NCBI GenBank assembly: GCA_050692175.1
Contig: JBOGTG010000034.1
Location: 965 to 64,964, forward strand
Length of the DNA: 64,000 nucleotides
Origin: Candidatus Limnocylindria bacterium
GTDB taxonomy: Bacteria; Chloroflexota; Limnocylindria; P2-11E
Direction: 5' to 3'
A model generated the notes under the pieces. The model saw only the letters and a list, made by a program, of their open reading frames with translations, was not told the origin of the DNA and did not search any database. Below are positions 18,793 through 26,863 of this stretch, in pieces (the first letter of the stretch is position 1; every line of letters begins with the position of its first letter). Position numbers and translations under genes: made by a program.

Positions 18793-19552
18793 CTTCGACC
18801 TCTCCCTGCGGGAACTGTGCCCGCAGCGCTGTCAGGGCTCGAGCAAGCGCCGCGTCGCGGTCGGCGGCCCAGAACGTGACCAAATACCGCGCCTTGCCAC
18901 TCGCGACGCTCCGCAGCTCGACCGATGGAGCGGGCGTCGGGGAGACTCCTTCGGCCTTCGCCAGGATCCCGCGAACATCTTCCGCTGTGATCGGCTTGTC
19001 ATCGGCTGGCAGCACCAGCCAGGCCGCGGCGCGGCGCGTCGGAAAGCGCGTGAAGTTAACAACTGGCGAGATCATGAACGTTCCGTTTGGTACGACGACC
19101 TCGCGACCATCCTCCGTGCGGAGCTGCGTCGTTCGAAACGAGATCTCTTCTACCGTGCCGCTGTAACCGGTCACCTCGATGCTGTCCCCGATGCGGAAGG
19201 GTCGCTCGACGAGGACCCACATGCCCGCGAAGAAATTCTTGAGGATGTCCTGCAGCGACAGCCCAATGACGATGCCCACCACGCCGAACGACGTCACGAT
19301 CCACCCAAACGCCTCCCGGGTGTAGATCGCGAGGATCAGGAGGACTCCGATCGTGATCACAGTGAGCTGGGCAAGATTGCCGAGGAGGATGGTGACGTTG
19401 GCCTGCGCGCGATTGCGCGACAGCGCGCGCATCGTGACGCCGCGGACCGCGCGCGCGATGAGGAGGGCGACCACGGCAACGACGAGCGCCCAGAACGTTC
19501 GCGCGCCGTAGTCGAGGACGTTGTCGCGGATGACGGCTGGGTCCAGGGGCAT
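18785..19552 (-). CDS. Small-conductance mechanosensitive channel (MscS family)
   Basis: 255 aa. Transmembrane helices followed by DILKNFFAGMWVLVERPFRIGDSIEV...GTVEEISFRTT. Confidence 0.85.
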   Translation of the reverse strand: MPLDPAVIRDNVLDYGARTFWALVVAVVALLIARAVRGVTMRALSRNRAQANVTILLGNLAQLTVITIGVLLILAIYTREAFGWIVTSFGVVGIVIGLSLQDILKNFFAGMWVLVERPFRIGDSIEVTGYSGTVEEISFRTTQLRTEDGREVVVPNGTFMISPVVNFTRFPTRRAAAWLVLPADDKPITAEDVRGILAKAEGVSPTPAPSVELRSVASGKARYLVTFWAADRDAALARALTALRAQFPQGEVEGG

Positions 19553-19574
19553 CCGGCGGAGAATACGAGCGCTC

Positions 19575-19604
19575 TTGACAACTGAACATCCGTTCGGTTA
19601 ACCT
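19575..19604 (+). promoter_or_regulatory. Putative lexA promoter with an embedded LexA/SOS box
   Basis: TTGACA at 19575..19580 and TAACCT at 19599..19604 (18-nt spacer). A perfect GAACATCCGTTC lies at 19584..19595 between them. The GTG start is at 19615. Confidence 0.6.
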
Positions 19605-19614
19605 CTGGACCGGC

Positions 19615-20226
19615 GTGACAAAGCAAGACCAGCAGCGGGCGGACCGGATTCTTGCGTTCATCCGCGAGGCTGTCGCCGAACGGGGCTATCCCCCGAGCGT
19701 CCGCGAGATCGCGGAAGCGGTGGGGCTCGCTTCGACGTCCGCGGTCCACCACCACCTGACCAAGCTCGAGAAGGACGGCCGGCTAAACAAGGAAGCCACC
19801 CGGTCGCGAGCGCTCAGCCTCCCGGGTATGACCGGCGGTCGCGTCGTGCAGGCCCCCGTCATTGGCGAGATCGCCGCCGGTCAGCCGATCCACGCCTACG
19901 AGGAACGCTCTGAGACCATTGGCCTGCCGAGCGAGCTCGCTGCCGGCCGCGGACGAGAGACGTTCGTCCTACGCGTTCGGGGTAAGTCGATGATCGACGA
20001 CCATATCGACGACGGCGACTTCGTCGTGGTGCAGGAGCAGAACACCGCGCGCGATGGGGACATCGTCGTCGCCGTACTCGAGGACAATGTCGCAACGCTG
20101 AAGCGCTTCTACAAAGAGAAGGACCGCATCCGTCTGCAGCCGGCGAACGGGGCGATGTCACCCATCTACGCCCGGGACGTGCAGATCCAAGGGAAGGTCA
20201 TCGGCGTAATCCGCAAGCTGTCCTAG
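19615..20226 (+). CDS. lexA: LexA repressor
   Basis: 203 aa. Winged-helix N-terminus (GYPPSVREIAEAVGLASTSAVHHHL) and S24 peptidase C-terminus (RVRGKSMID...VVAVL). Confidence 0.93.
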   Translation: MTKQDQQRADRILAFIREAVAERGYPPSVREIAEAVGLASTSAVHHHLTKLEKDGRLNKEATRSRALSLPGMTGGRVVQAPVIGEIAAGQPIHAYEERSETIGLPSELAAGRGRETFVLRVRGKSMIDDHIDDGDFVVVQEQNTARDGDIVVAVLEDNVATLKRFYKEKDRIRLQPANGAMSPIYARDVQIQGKVIGVIRKLS

Positions 20227-20238
20227 CTTCATCGATCG

Positions 20239-21357
20239 ATGCCCACACGCGCACCTTCACTCACCGTTCGTGAGCTGAACCGCGCGCTCCTGGCGCGCCA
20301 GTTCCTGCTGAGGCGCCAGAAGCTGGGTGCGGTGGACGCCGTGGAGCGCCTCGCCTGCCTGCAGGGCCAGTGGGCACCTTCGCCCTACGCCGCGCTGTGG
20401 TCGCGGGTCTTGGGATTCGAGCGCGAGCAGCTCACTCGACCGATCGACCGCGGCGAGATCGTCAAGGCGACGCTGATGCGCGCGACCCTGCACCTCGTGT
20501 CCGCACGCGAGTACCCCGCGTACTCGCTCGCGACGATGGAGGGCCGGTTCGGAGCGTGGCGACCGCCCGGGGGGCCGGCACTCGCCGATCTCGACAAGCT
20601 CCACCGTTCGGTCATGACGTTCGCCGGAAAGACTCCGCGCACCCGCGGCGAGATCCAGGAGTTCATCGCCGGCCATCTGCCGCCGAGCGCGGCGAAGGAC
20701 GAGCGCCTCCGCAGCTGGTTCAGTTGGGCCGCCGTCGCAGCGAGCGGGCTCGTTTGGGAGGCCGCCGGAGCGCATTTCGAGCATCGGCAGCTCGGCAGAC
20801 ACATCGCTCCGCCGGCCAAACTGCGGAAGACGCCGAAGCCCGAGGCCGCGTACGAGGTGGTCGTGCGCCGTCATCTGGGCGCGTTCGGCCCGGCGAGCGT
20901 GGCCGACATCGCGACCTGGAGCAGTGTCCGCGTGCCGAATATCCGCGCGGCGCTCGCGCGGATAAAGGATCTGCGGCGCTTCACCGACGAGCGCGGGCGC
21001 GAGCTCATCGACCTATCGCGCGCCCCGCGCCCCTCCGAGGAGGTCACAGCACCGGCCCGTTTTCTCGCGCGGTTCGACGCCGCGATCCTCGGCCACGCGG
21101 CGCCGGAGCGCACGCGCATCCTGCCCGAGGCGTTCCGCAAGCAGGTCATCTTCTCCGCCGAGGTGTGGCCGACCTTTCTCGTCGACGGTTTTGTGGCCGG
21201 ACGCTGGACGATCGCCGTGCGGCCGAAGGAGGCGGTGCTCGAGCTCAAGCCCTTCAAGCCGCTCGCCCGCGCCGATCGGGCCGCGCTCGTCGAGGAGGGT
21301 GAAGCGCTCGTGCGCTTCTACGCCCCCGAATCCAGGATCCACGGTGTGCGCGGGTGA
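20239..21357 (+). CDS. Winged-helix YcaQ/AlkZ-family (HTH_42) DNA glycosylase-like protein, paralog 1
   Basis: 372 aa: LTVRELNRALLARQFLLRR...ERLACLQGQWAPSPYAALWSR...ATLHLVSAREY. This family signature was recognised by eye. Confidence 0.75.
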   Translation: MPTRAPSLTVRELNRALLARQFLLRRQKLGAVDAVERLACLQGQWAPSPYAALWSRVLGFEREQLTRPIDRGEIVKATLMRATLHLVSAREYPAYSLATMEGRFGAWRPPGGPALADLDKLHRSVMTFAGKTPRTRGEIQEFIAGHLPPSAAKDERLRSWFSWAAVAASGLVWEAAGAHFEHRQLGRHIAPPAKLRKTPKPEAAYEVVVRRHLGAFGPASVADIATWSSVRVPNIRAALARIKDLRRFTDERGRELIDLSRAPRPSEEVTAPARFLARFDAAILGHAAPERTRILPEAFRKQVIFSAEVWPTFLVDGFVAGRWTIAVRPKEAVLELKPFKPLARADRAALVEEGEALVRFYAPESRIHGVRG

Positions 21358-22484
21358 CGAAGGGCAGCGACGAGCGGCGCGTGCTCACGCTTCGCGAGCT
21401 CAACCGCGCGATGCTGGCGCGCCAGCTCCTTCTGCAACGGGCACGTATCGGCGTGGTTCCGGCGATCGAGCGACTCGCCGCGCTCCAGGCCCAGTGGGCG
21501 CCGTCGCCGTACATCGCGCTCTGGTCGCGCCTCGAAGGCTTTCGCCGCGAGAAGCTCTGGTCGGCGATCGAGCGCCGTCAGGTGATTCGCGCGCGGCTGA
21601 TGCGCGGCACGCTTCATCTTGTCTCCGCGCGGGACTTCTACGCCTACGCGGTCGCGACACAGGATCTCCAGCGTGGGGCGTGGAATCGCCTCCAGATCGG
21701 CCGCGGAGTGGATCCGAGCAAGGTCGCCGCCCTCGCGATCGCGTTCGCGCGCAAACCTCGTCCGAAGGAGGAAGTGCTCGAGCACATCCAGGCCCGGATC
21801 GGCGGAAGGCTCGGCGGTCCGTTCAATTGGCTCGTATGGCGCTTCGTGAGCGCGCATGCCGACCTCGTGACCGCGCCGCCCGGCGGGCACTGGCAATACG
21901 GCGGGACCGATGCGCCGTACGTCGCGGCGCGGCACTGGATCGCGCGCGGGGAGCGGCCATCCGAGGACGACGCGCTCGAGGTCCTAACCCGGCGGTACCT
22001 AGCTGCGTTCGGGCCGGCGACCCTCGCAGACATCGCCAGATTCGCGGGGCAAGTCCCGCCCCGTGTTCGTCCGGCACTCGAGCGGATCGCTTCGAAGCTC
22101 CGGACGTTCAGCGACGAGGAAGGACGCCTGCTCTACGACCTCCCGCGCGCTCCACGCCCGGGCGGTGACGTCGGGGCACCGGTCCGCCTTCTTCCGCGAT
22201 ACGACGAGCTCCTCATCAGCTACCAACACCGTGATCGGGTGATCGCGCCGGCGCATCGGCGCGCGGTCTACACGAAGAACGCGATCGTCGAGGCCGTGGT
22301 CATGGTCGATGGATTCGCGGCCGCCACCTGGAGCCTCGACCGTGCGAAGAACGACGCCGTGATCGAAGTCGCGCCGTTCGCGCGCCTCGCGCGGAGGGAC
22401 CGCGCCGCCATCGAGGCGGAGGGTCAGGGCCTCCTTTCCTTCCTCGCGCCGGACGCAAAGGCCGTCGGGGTGCGGTTCGGATGA
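21354..22484 (+). CDS. Winged-helix YcaQ/AlkZ-family (HTH_42) DNA glycosylase-like protein, paralog 2
   Basis: 376 aa. The GTG start overlaps the paralog 1 stop (GTGA). Sequence: LTLRELNRAMLARQLLLQR...ERLAALQAQWAPSPYIALWSR...GTLHLVSARDF. Confidence 0.75.
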   Translation: MTKGSDERRVLTLRELNRAMLARQLLLQRARIGVVPAIERLAALQAQWAPSPYIALWSRLEGFRREKLWSAIERRQVIRARLMRGTLHLVSARDFYAYAVATQDLQRGAWNRLQIGRGVDPSKVAALAIAFARKPRPKEEVLEHIQARIGGRLGGPFNWLVWRFVSAHADLVTAPPGGHWQYGGTDAPYVAARHWIARGERPSEDDALEVLTRRYLAAFGPATLADIARFAGQVPPRVRPALERIASKLRTFSDEEGRLLYDLPRAPRPGGDVGAPVRLLPRYDELLISYQHRDRVIAPAHRRAVYTKNAIVEAVVMVDGFAAATWSLDRAKNDAVIEVAPFARLARRDRAAIEAEGQGLLSFLAPDAKAVGVRFG

Positions 22485-23686
22485 CGCGCGCGATCATGCA
22501 CTGCGACCTGGACGCGTTTTACGCGTCCGTCGAGCAGCGCGACCATCCCGAGTACCGCGGAAGGCCCGTGATCGTCGGCGGCGACGGCCCGAACGAGCGA
22601 GGAGTCGTGATGGCGGCCTCGTACGAAGCGCGTGCCTTCGGTGTCCGCTCGGCCATGCCGCTCGCGATTGCCGGACGGCTCTGCCCGAGCGGCATCTACG
22701 TGCCGGGCAACTTCGATCGTTACGAGGAGGCGTCCGACGCGGTCATGGCGATCTTCGACGAGCAGACGCCCCTCGTCGAGCCCATCTCGCTCGACGAGGC
22801 ATTCCTCGACGTGACCGCAACCGAGCACCTGTTCGGCGGGGCCATGGCGATGGCCGGCCAGATCAAGCGCGCGGTGCGCGAGCGCTGCGGGCTGGTCGTC
22901 TCAGTCGGGGTCGCGACGAACAAGCTGTGCGCCAAGGTGGGTTCCGATCTGCGCAAGCCGGACGGCCTCGTCATCGTGGCGGCCGGCGGCGAGGCCGCGT
23001 TCCTGGCGCCGCTCCCGCTCGAGCGCCTCTGGGGCGTCGGGCCGCGGACGCGGGAGGTGCTCGCCGGCTGGGGCCTGCGGACCATCGGTCAGCTCGCAGC
23101 GTTCGATCGCGCGGTGCTCGAAATCCGCCTGGGCGAGCACGGTGCGGACATCTGGGAGCGTGCGAACGGAATCGACGACAGTGAGGTCATAAGCGAGCAC
23201 GTACCGAAGTCGGTGGGTCACTCGCATACCTTCGGCGAGAACACGCTCGACCCCGCGACGATTGAATCGACGCTGCTTCGGCTTTCGGAGGGCGTCGGCC
23301 GGCGATTGCGGGATCACACGCTGCGCGGTCGGACGATCACCATGACGCTCCGCGTCGCTCCGTTCGAGACCCGAACGCGGCAGCGCACCCTTCGCGAGCC
23401 AACCGACGATGACGTCACGATCTTCCGCATCGCGCGACAGCTTCTTCGCGATGCGCTGGCAGAGGACCGCGAAGGCGGCCGTACCAGTCCGGTCAGGCTC
23501 GTCGGCGTTTCGGTCTCCGGAGTGAGCGCCGGTGCGCAGCTCGGCTTATTCGATGCCGCCCGCCACGGGCGGCTCAACGCTGCGTTAGACGCCGTTCGCG
23601 CTCGTTTCGGCGACAAGGCGCTCGACCGCGCGAGTGCACGCGAGGTACGAGAGCGTCGTCGTTTCAGCGGACACCGGTCGCGATGA
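22481..23686 (+). CDS. dinB: DNA polymerase IV (Y-family) DinB
   Basis: 401 aa: MHCDLDAFYASVEQRD, SLDEAFLDVT, VGVATNKLCAK. The ATG overlaps the upstream stop. Confidence 0.93.
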   Translation: MTRAIMHCDLDAFYASVEQRDHPEYRGRPVIVGGDGPNERGVVMAASYEARAFGVRSAMPLAIAGRLCPSGIYVPGNFDRYEEASDAVMAIFDEQTPLVEPISLDEAFLDVTATEHLFGGAMAMAGQIKRAVRERCGLVVSVGVATNKLCAKVGSDLRKPDGLVIVAAGGEAAFLAPLPLERLWGVGPRTREVLAGWGLRTIGQLAAFDRAVLEIRLGEHGADIWERANGIDDSEVISEHVPKSVGHSHTFGENTLDPATIESTLLRLSEGVGRRLRDHTLRGRTITMTLRVAPFETRTRQRTLREPTDDDVTIFRIARQLLRDALAEDREGGRTSPVRLVGVSVSGVSAGAQLGLFDAARHGRLNAALDAVRARFGDKALDRASAREVRERRRFSGHRSR

Positions 23687-24105
23687 CGATCACAGCTGTG
23701 GATATCGCAGTCGATTCCGCCATGCGGGTCTGTGGAGAAGTCTGTGGAGAAGTTGGTGGACAGATCGTCTTGTTCGCGGACGATGACCTGACGATGATGC
23801 GCGGGGCCGCCAAGGCGAAGGGGACGGAAGGGGTGCCTGAAGACCGTGTCGCTCAAGTTGCGATCGATTTCATCTCGTTCTGCTTGTCCCGGCGCGCGGT
23901 CGACTGGCCGTTTCTTTACGACGAGATGTGTTACGTGGCCTCGAAGAAGCTCTATCGGGGGCTCGGATACGAGGAACTTCGCGAGGTCGGTCTTGACCTC
24001 GCGCTCAGCGGCCTCGTGAAGACGAGCCGGATCGCGAACGAGGTCACGCGGCAAGCGCGAATCGGGGACCGGCCGCTACGGGAAGGGCTTCTCGCAGCGA
24101 GCTAG
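23683..24105 (+). CDS. Hypothetical protein, last gene of the lexA-dinB array
   Basis: 140 aa. The ATG overlaps the dinB stop (ATGA). No motif was recognised. More A/T-ending codons than its neighbours. Contains a 12-nt tandem repeat at 23728..23763. Confidence 0.5.
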   Translation: MTITAVDIAVDSAMRVCGEVCGEVGGQIVLFADDDLTMMRGAAKAKGTEGVPEDRVAQVAIDFISFCLSRRAVDWPFLYDEMCYVASKKLYRGLGYEELREVGLDLALSGLVKTSRIANEVTRQARIGDRPLREGLLAAS

Positions 24106-24130
24106 GAGATCAGGTAGGCCACACCGGCGG

Positions 24131-24172
24131 GGCGGCGAGTGAAAGGAAGCGCACTCGCCGCCTCTTTTTCTT
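24131..24172 (+). terminator. Rho-independent terminator
   Basis: Perfect 11-bp stem GGCGGCGAGTG (24131..24141) / CACTCGCCGCC (24152..24162), a 10-nt loop, then TCTTTTTCTT. Confidence 0.75.
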
Positions 24173-24218
24173 CATAATGGAGCGAGGGGAGAGCGCGATG
24201 AGCGCTTTCTTCCGGATC

Positions 24219-24292
24219 GGTCCCGTGGTGCAGCGGCCTAGCATACGTCCCTGTCAAGGACGAGATCGCCGGTTCGAATCCGGTCGGGACCG
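24219..24292 (+). tRNA. tRNA-Asp (anticodon GTC)
   Basis: Manual cloverleaf: acceptor GGTCCCG/CGGGACC, anticodon arm CGTCC-CTGTCAA-GGACG, T-arm GCCGG-TTCGAAT-CCGGT. 74 nt; CCA is not encoded. Confidence 0.9.
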
Positions 24293-24325
24293 CCGCTCGA
24301 CGCCTCCTCTAGTAGTCTCCGCGCC

Positions 24326-24703
24326 GTGACTCCGCGTCTTGCGCTCATGGTCGGCGGCGTCGCCGCGATCGTGTTCGGTGTCGCTCTCCTGGTGTTCCCC
24401 ACGTCGATGCTCGCGAACTTCGGCATTGCGGCTCCGAACGAGGCCAGGGTCCTGTCGCGCGACGTCGGAGCGACTCTCATCGGGCTCGGCGTGATCAACT
24501 GGATGGCGCGCAACGCGACCGGCGCGGTGCTCCGCGCGCTTCTCGTCGGCAACGTCGTCGTGCAAGCGCTCGAGCTCCTCATCAACGGCTATGAGATCGC
24601 GGTGGGCGACCTGCCCACGCAGGCCGCGGGCGGACTGCTGATCCATCTCGCTCTCGGTGCTGTCTTCGTCCTCGCGATGCGCTCACCTTCTGTTCGCGAA
24701 TAG
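24326..24703 (+). CDS. Hypothetical four-helix membrane protein
   Basis: 125 aa, strongly hydrophobic, with GC-rich third positions. Confidence 0.6.
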   Translation: MTPRLALMVGGVAAIVFGVALLVFPTSMLANFGIAAPNEARVLSRDVGATLIGLGVINWMARNATGAVLRALLVGNVVVQALELLINGYEIAVGDLPTQAAGGLLIHLALGAVFVLAMRSPSVRE

Positions 24704-24793
24704 CGCACCGCTCGCTTGCTCGCTCCAGTAACGCTCGGGTTCGATACCGCACGCCCATTTCCGATTGGGCGGCCGGGACCTTTAATCCATGGT

Positions 24794-26284
24794 GTGAGCA
24801 GGGGGAAGGGTCTCGCGGGTATCTTCGCGCTCGCGATCGCCCTCTCCGGCTGTGCGCAGGCACCACGAGCAGGCGATGAGGCGAACATTTATCTGCCCGA
24901 CGATCGCCCGCTCCGCGCGACCGCTCCCGTGGACATGCTGCTGTGCACGGACCGCACGACGATCCCGACGCTCGATAACGTGACGAACGCGATCTGGTCG
25001 CCTGACTCGAACGCCGTTGCCATGTCGCGTATCGCCATCGTTCCCTCGCACCGGACCGTCACCGGCTACGAGGAGAGACTCCGTCTCACCGTCTACTACC
25101 TACGGAGCGGCAGAGTGCAGGAGATCGGACAGGGCCGGCTTCCCGAGTGGTCCGGGTCGGGTGCGTACCTCTCTTACTGGCGCGACGATGGCTACCTTTA
25201 CGTGAATCTGGCCGGCACCATCGCGGGGACGATCGAAGCGTCCTCGCCGCAGGTACGGTGGAGCGGCGACGACCTCTACTTCTGGTACGCGGACGAGATC
25301 CGCGTGTGGCGCGACGGGGTCGCGCGAACGGTGGCGCGCGTCGATCCCGAGCTCATCCCGCGCTACCCGCGCGACGATTCGTTCTTCAGCGCCGACGGAA
25401 AGCGGTTCACGGTGACGCGGTACTCGCTGGACGGCACGACGGAGCGATACATCGGCGTGACCGCAACGGGGGAGATGGCAAAGCTCGAGGATCAGGATGT
25501 GACGTTCACCGAGTGGGCGCCGCAGGGTGCGACCCTTCTCGTCCGCTCGAACGACAAGCTCGCGCTCATCGATCCGAGCGGAGCGCAGCGGTCGGCGACG
25601 CTGTCGACGGTCGCCGGCTCGGTGCACGGGTGGACCGCCGATGGCCGCCTGCTCGTGGGGGCGGTGTCCGCGACGGTGCCCGGCGGGAACGTGTTCGACC
25701 GCATCCCGGTGTGGAATCCGACCGACGACGAGGAGAAGGCTATTGCGACACTTCCGAATCTCTTCGGCACTCGCTCGTTCAGCCCGGACGGCCGCTGGTT
25801 CACGGGCGTGAGCCGGACCGGACTCTACGAGACGCAGCTCGAGCTCTATCGCTGCGGGGTCGCAAGCGGGCTGGGCGTCGATCTACGTGCTGACCCGGTG
25901 TCTCGCTCGCGCCTGGGGCGCATCGAAGACGCCCCGCGACGGTTCATCCGCCCGGTCGCCGGAGCGGTCAGCCAGTTCCTGCAGGGTCGCCACACCGGAG
26001 TCGACATCGCCGCGCCATTCGGGTCGATCATCGTGGCCGCGGACAATGGCGTCGTCGGCGACGCGGATTGGGTCCCCGTCGGCGGACGCCGGGTTTGCGT
26101 TCAGCACGCCGACGTGATCGAGAGCTGCTACTACCACACGTCCGCGGTGCTCGTGTCCGTTGGCGATCGCGTCGAGCGCGGGCAACCGATCGCGCTCATC
26201 GGGATGACCGGCGCGACGACCGGGCCGCACGTGCACTGGGAAGTCAAAGAGAACGGAAGGATCATCGATCCTCTCGCGCATTAG
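24794..26284 (+). CDS. Lipoprotein with a beta-propeller-like N-terminal region and a C-terminal M23 (LytM) peptidase domain
   Basis: The start was placed at GTG 24794, giving the signal SRGKGLAGIFALAIALSGCAQ (lipobox). Repeated SPD/SADG motifs. M23 motifs: HTGVDIAAP and GPHVHWE. Confidence 0.8.
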   Translation: MSRGKGLAGIFALAIALSGCAQAPRAGDEANIYLPDDRPLRATAPVDMLLCTDRTTIPTLDNVTNAIWSPDSNAVAMSRIAIVPSHRTVTGYEERLRLTVYYLRSGRVQEIGQGRLPEWSGSGAYLSYWRDDGYLYVNLAGTIAGTIEASSPQVRWSGDDLYFWYADEIRVWRDGVARTVARVDPELIPRYPRDDSFFSADGKRFTVTRYSLDGTTERYIGVTATGEMAKLEDQDVTFTEWAPQGATLLVRSNDKLALIDPSGAQRSATLSTVAGSVHGWTADGRLLVGAVSATVPGGNVFDRIPVWNPTDDEEKAIATLPNLFGTRSFSPDGRWFTGVSRTGLYETQLELYRCGVASGLGVDLRADPVSRSRLGRIEDAPRRFIRPVAGAVSQFLQGRHTGVDIAAPFGSIIVAADNGVVGDADWVPVGGRRVCVQHADVIESCYYHTSAVLVSVGDRVERGQPIALIGMTGATTGPHVHWEVKENGRIIDPLAH

Positions 26285-26293
26285 CGTCTAGCT

Positions 26294-26830
26294 ATGCGCG
26301 TCCTCGCGGCGCTCGTCGCGTGCATTGCGGTCGTCCTCATCGGCATGGCCGCACTCGGGCAATTCGGACCCGCAACACCCCCGGTCACCCACGCTACCTC
26401 TGGCCCCTCAGCGACGTCGCCCCCGTTCGTCCCCACGCCGAGTGGGCCGCGCACGATCACGGTCACGCTGACCGAGCAGGAGCTGACCAAGGCCGCCCAG
26501 GACTACACCCCGCTGACGGTGAGCGGGATCACGGTGACCGATCCGAAGATCAAGCTCGAGCCGGGAAAGCTCACGCTCACCGCGACGGGTCGGGCGTTCA
26601 TCGTGAGCGGCCCGGTCGTGGTGGTCGCATCTCCGCTCGTGCAGGGCGGCGCGGCGGCCGCGAAGATCGAATCGGCGACATTTGCGGGACTCAGCCTTCC
26701 CGAGACCACCAAGCAGGCCGTCGCCGAAACGTTCGCGCGCGTCCTCGCCTCGAACATCCCGCCCGATGTGCGCGTCACGTCGGTGACGGTGAAGGCCGGC
26801 AGTCTCGTCGTGGAGGCCGTCCCGGTCTGA
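26294..26830 (+). CDS. Hypothetical membrane-anchored protein
   Basis: 178 aa with an N-terminal transmembrane segment, a Pro/Thr-rich linker and a beta-rich C-terminus. Confidence 0.55.
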   Translation: MRVLAALVACIAVVLIGMAALGQFGPATPPVTHATSGPSATSPPFVPTPSGPRTITVTLTEQELTKAAQDYTPLTVSGITVTDPKIKLEPGKLTLTATGRAFIVSGPVVVVASPLVQGGAAAAKIESATFAGLSLPETTKQAVAETFARVLASNIPPDVRVTSVTVKAGSLVVEAVPV

Positions 26831-26863
26831 ACGCGTTCACGCGCGCTTCATGCGCGAAGTGCG

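Noticed and set aside
23314-24054. 246-aa minus-strand ORF overlapping the dinB 3' end and the orphan ORF.
   Set aside because: It runs antisense to dinB coding sequence and is low-complexity. The plus-strand orphan ORF has the ATGA coupling and is followed by the terminator.
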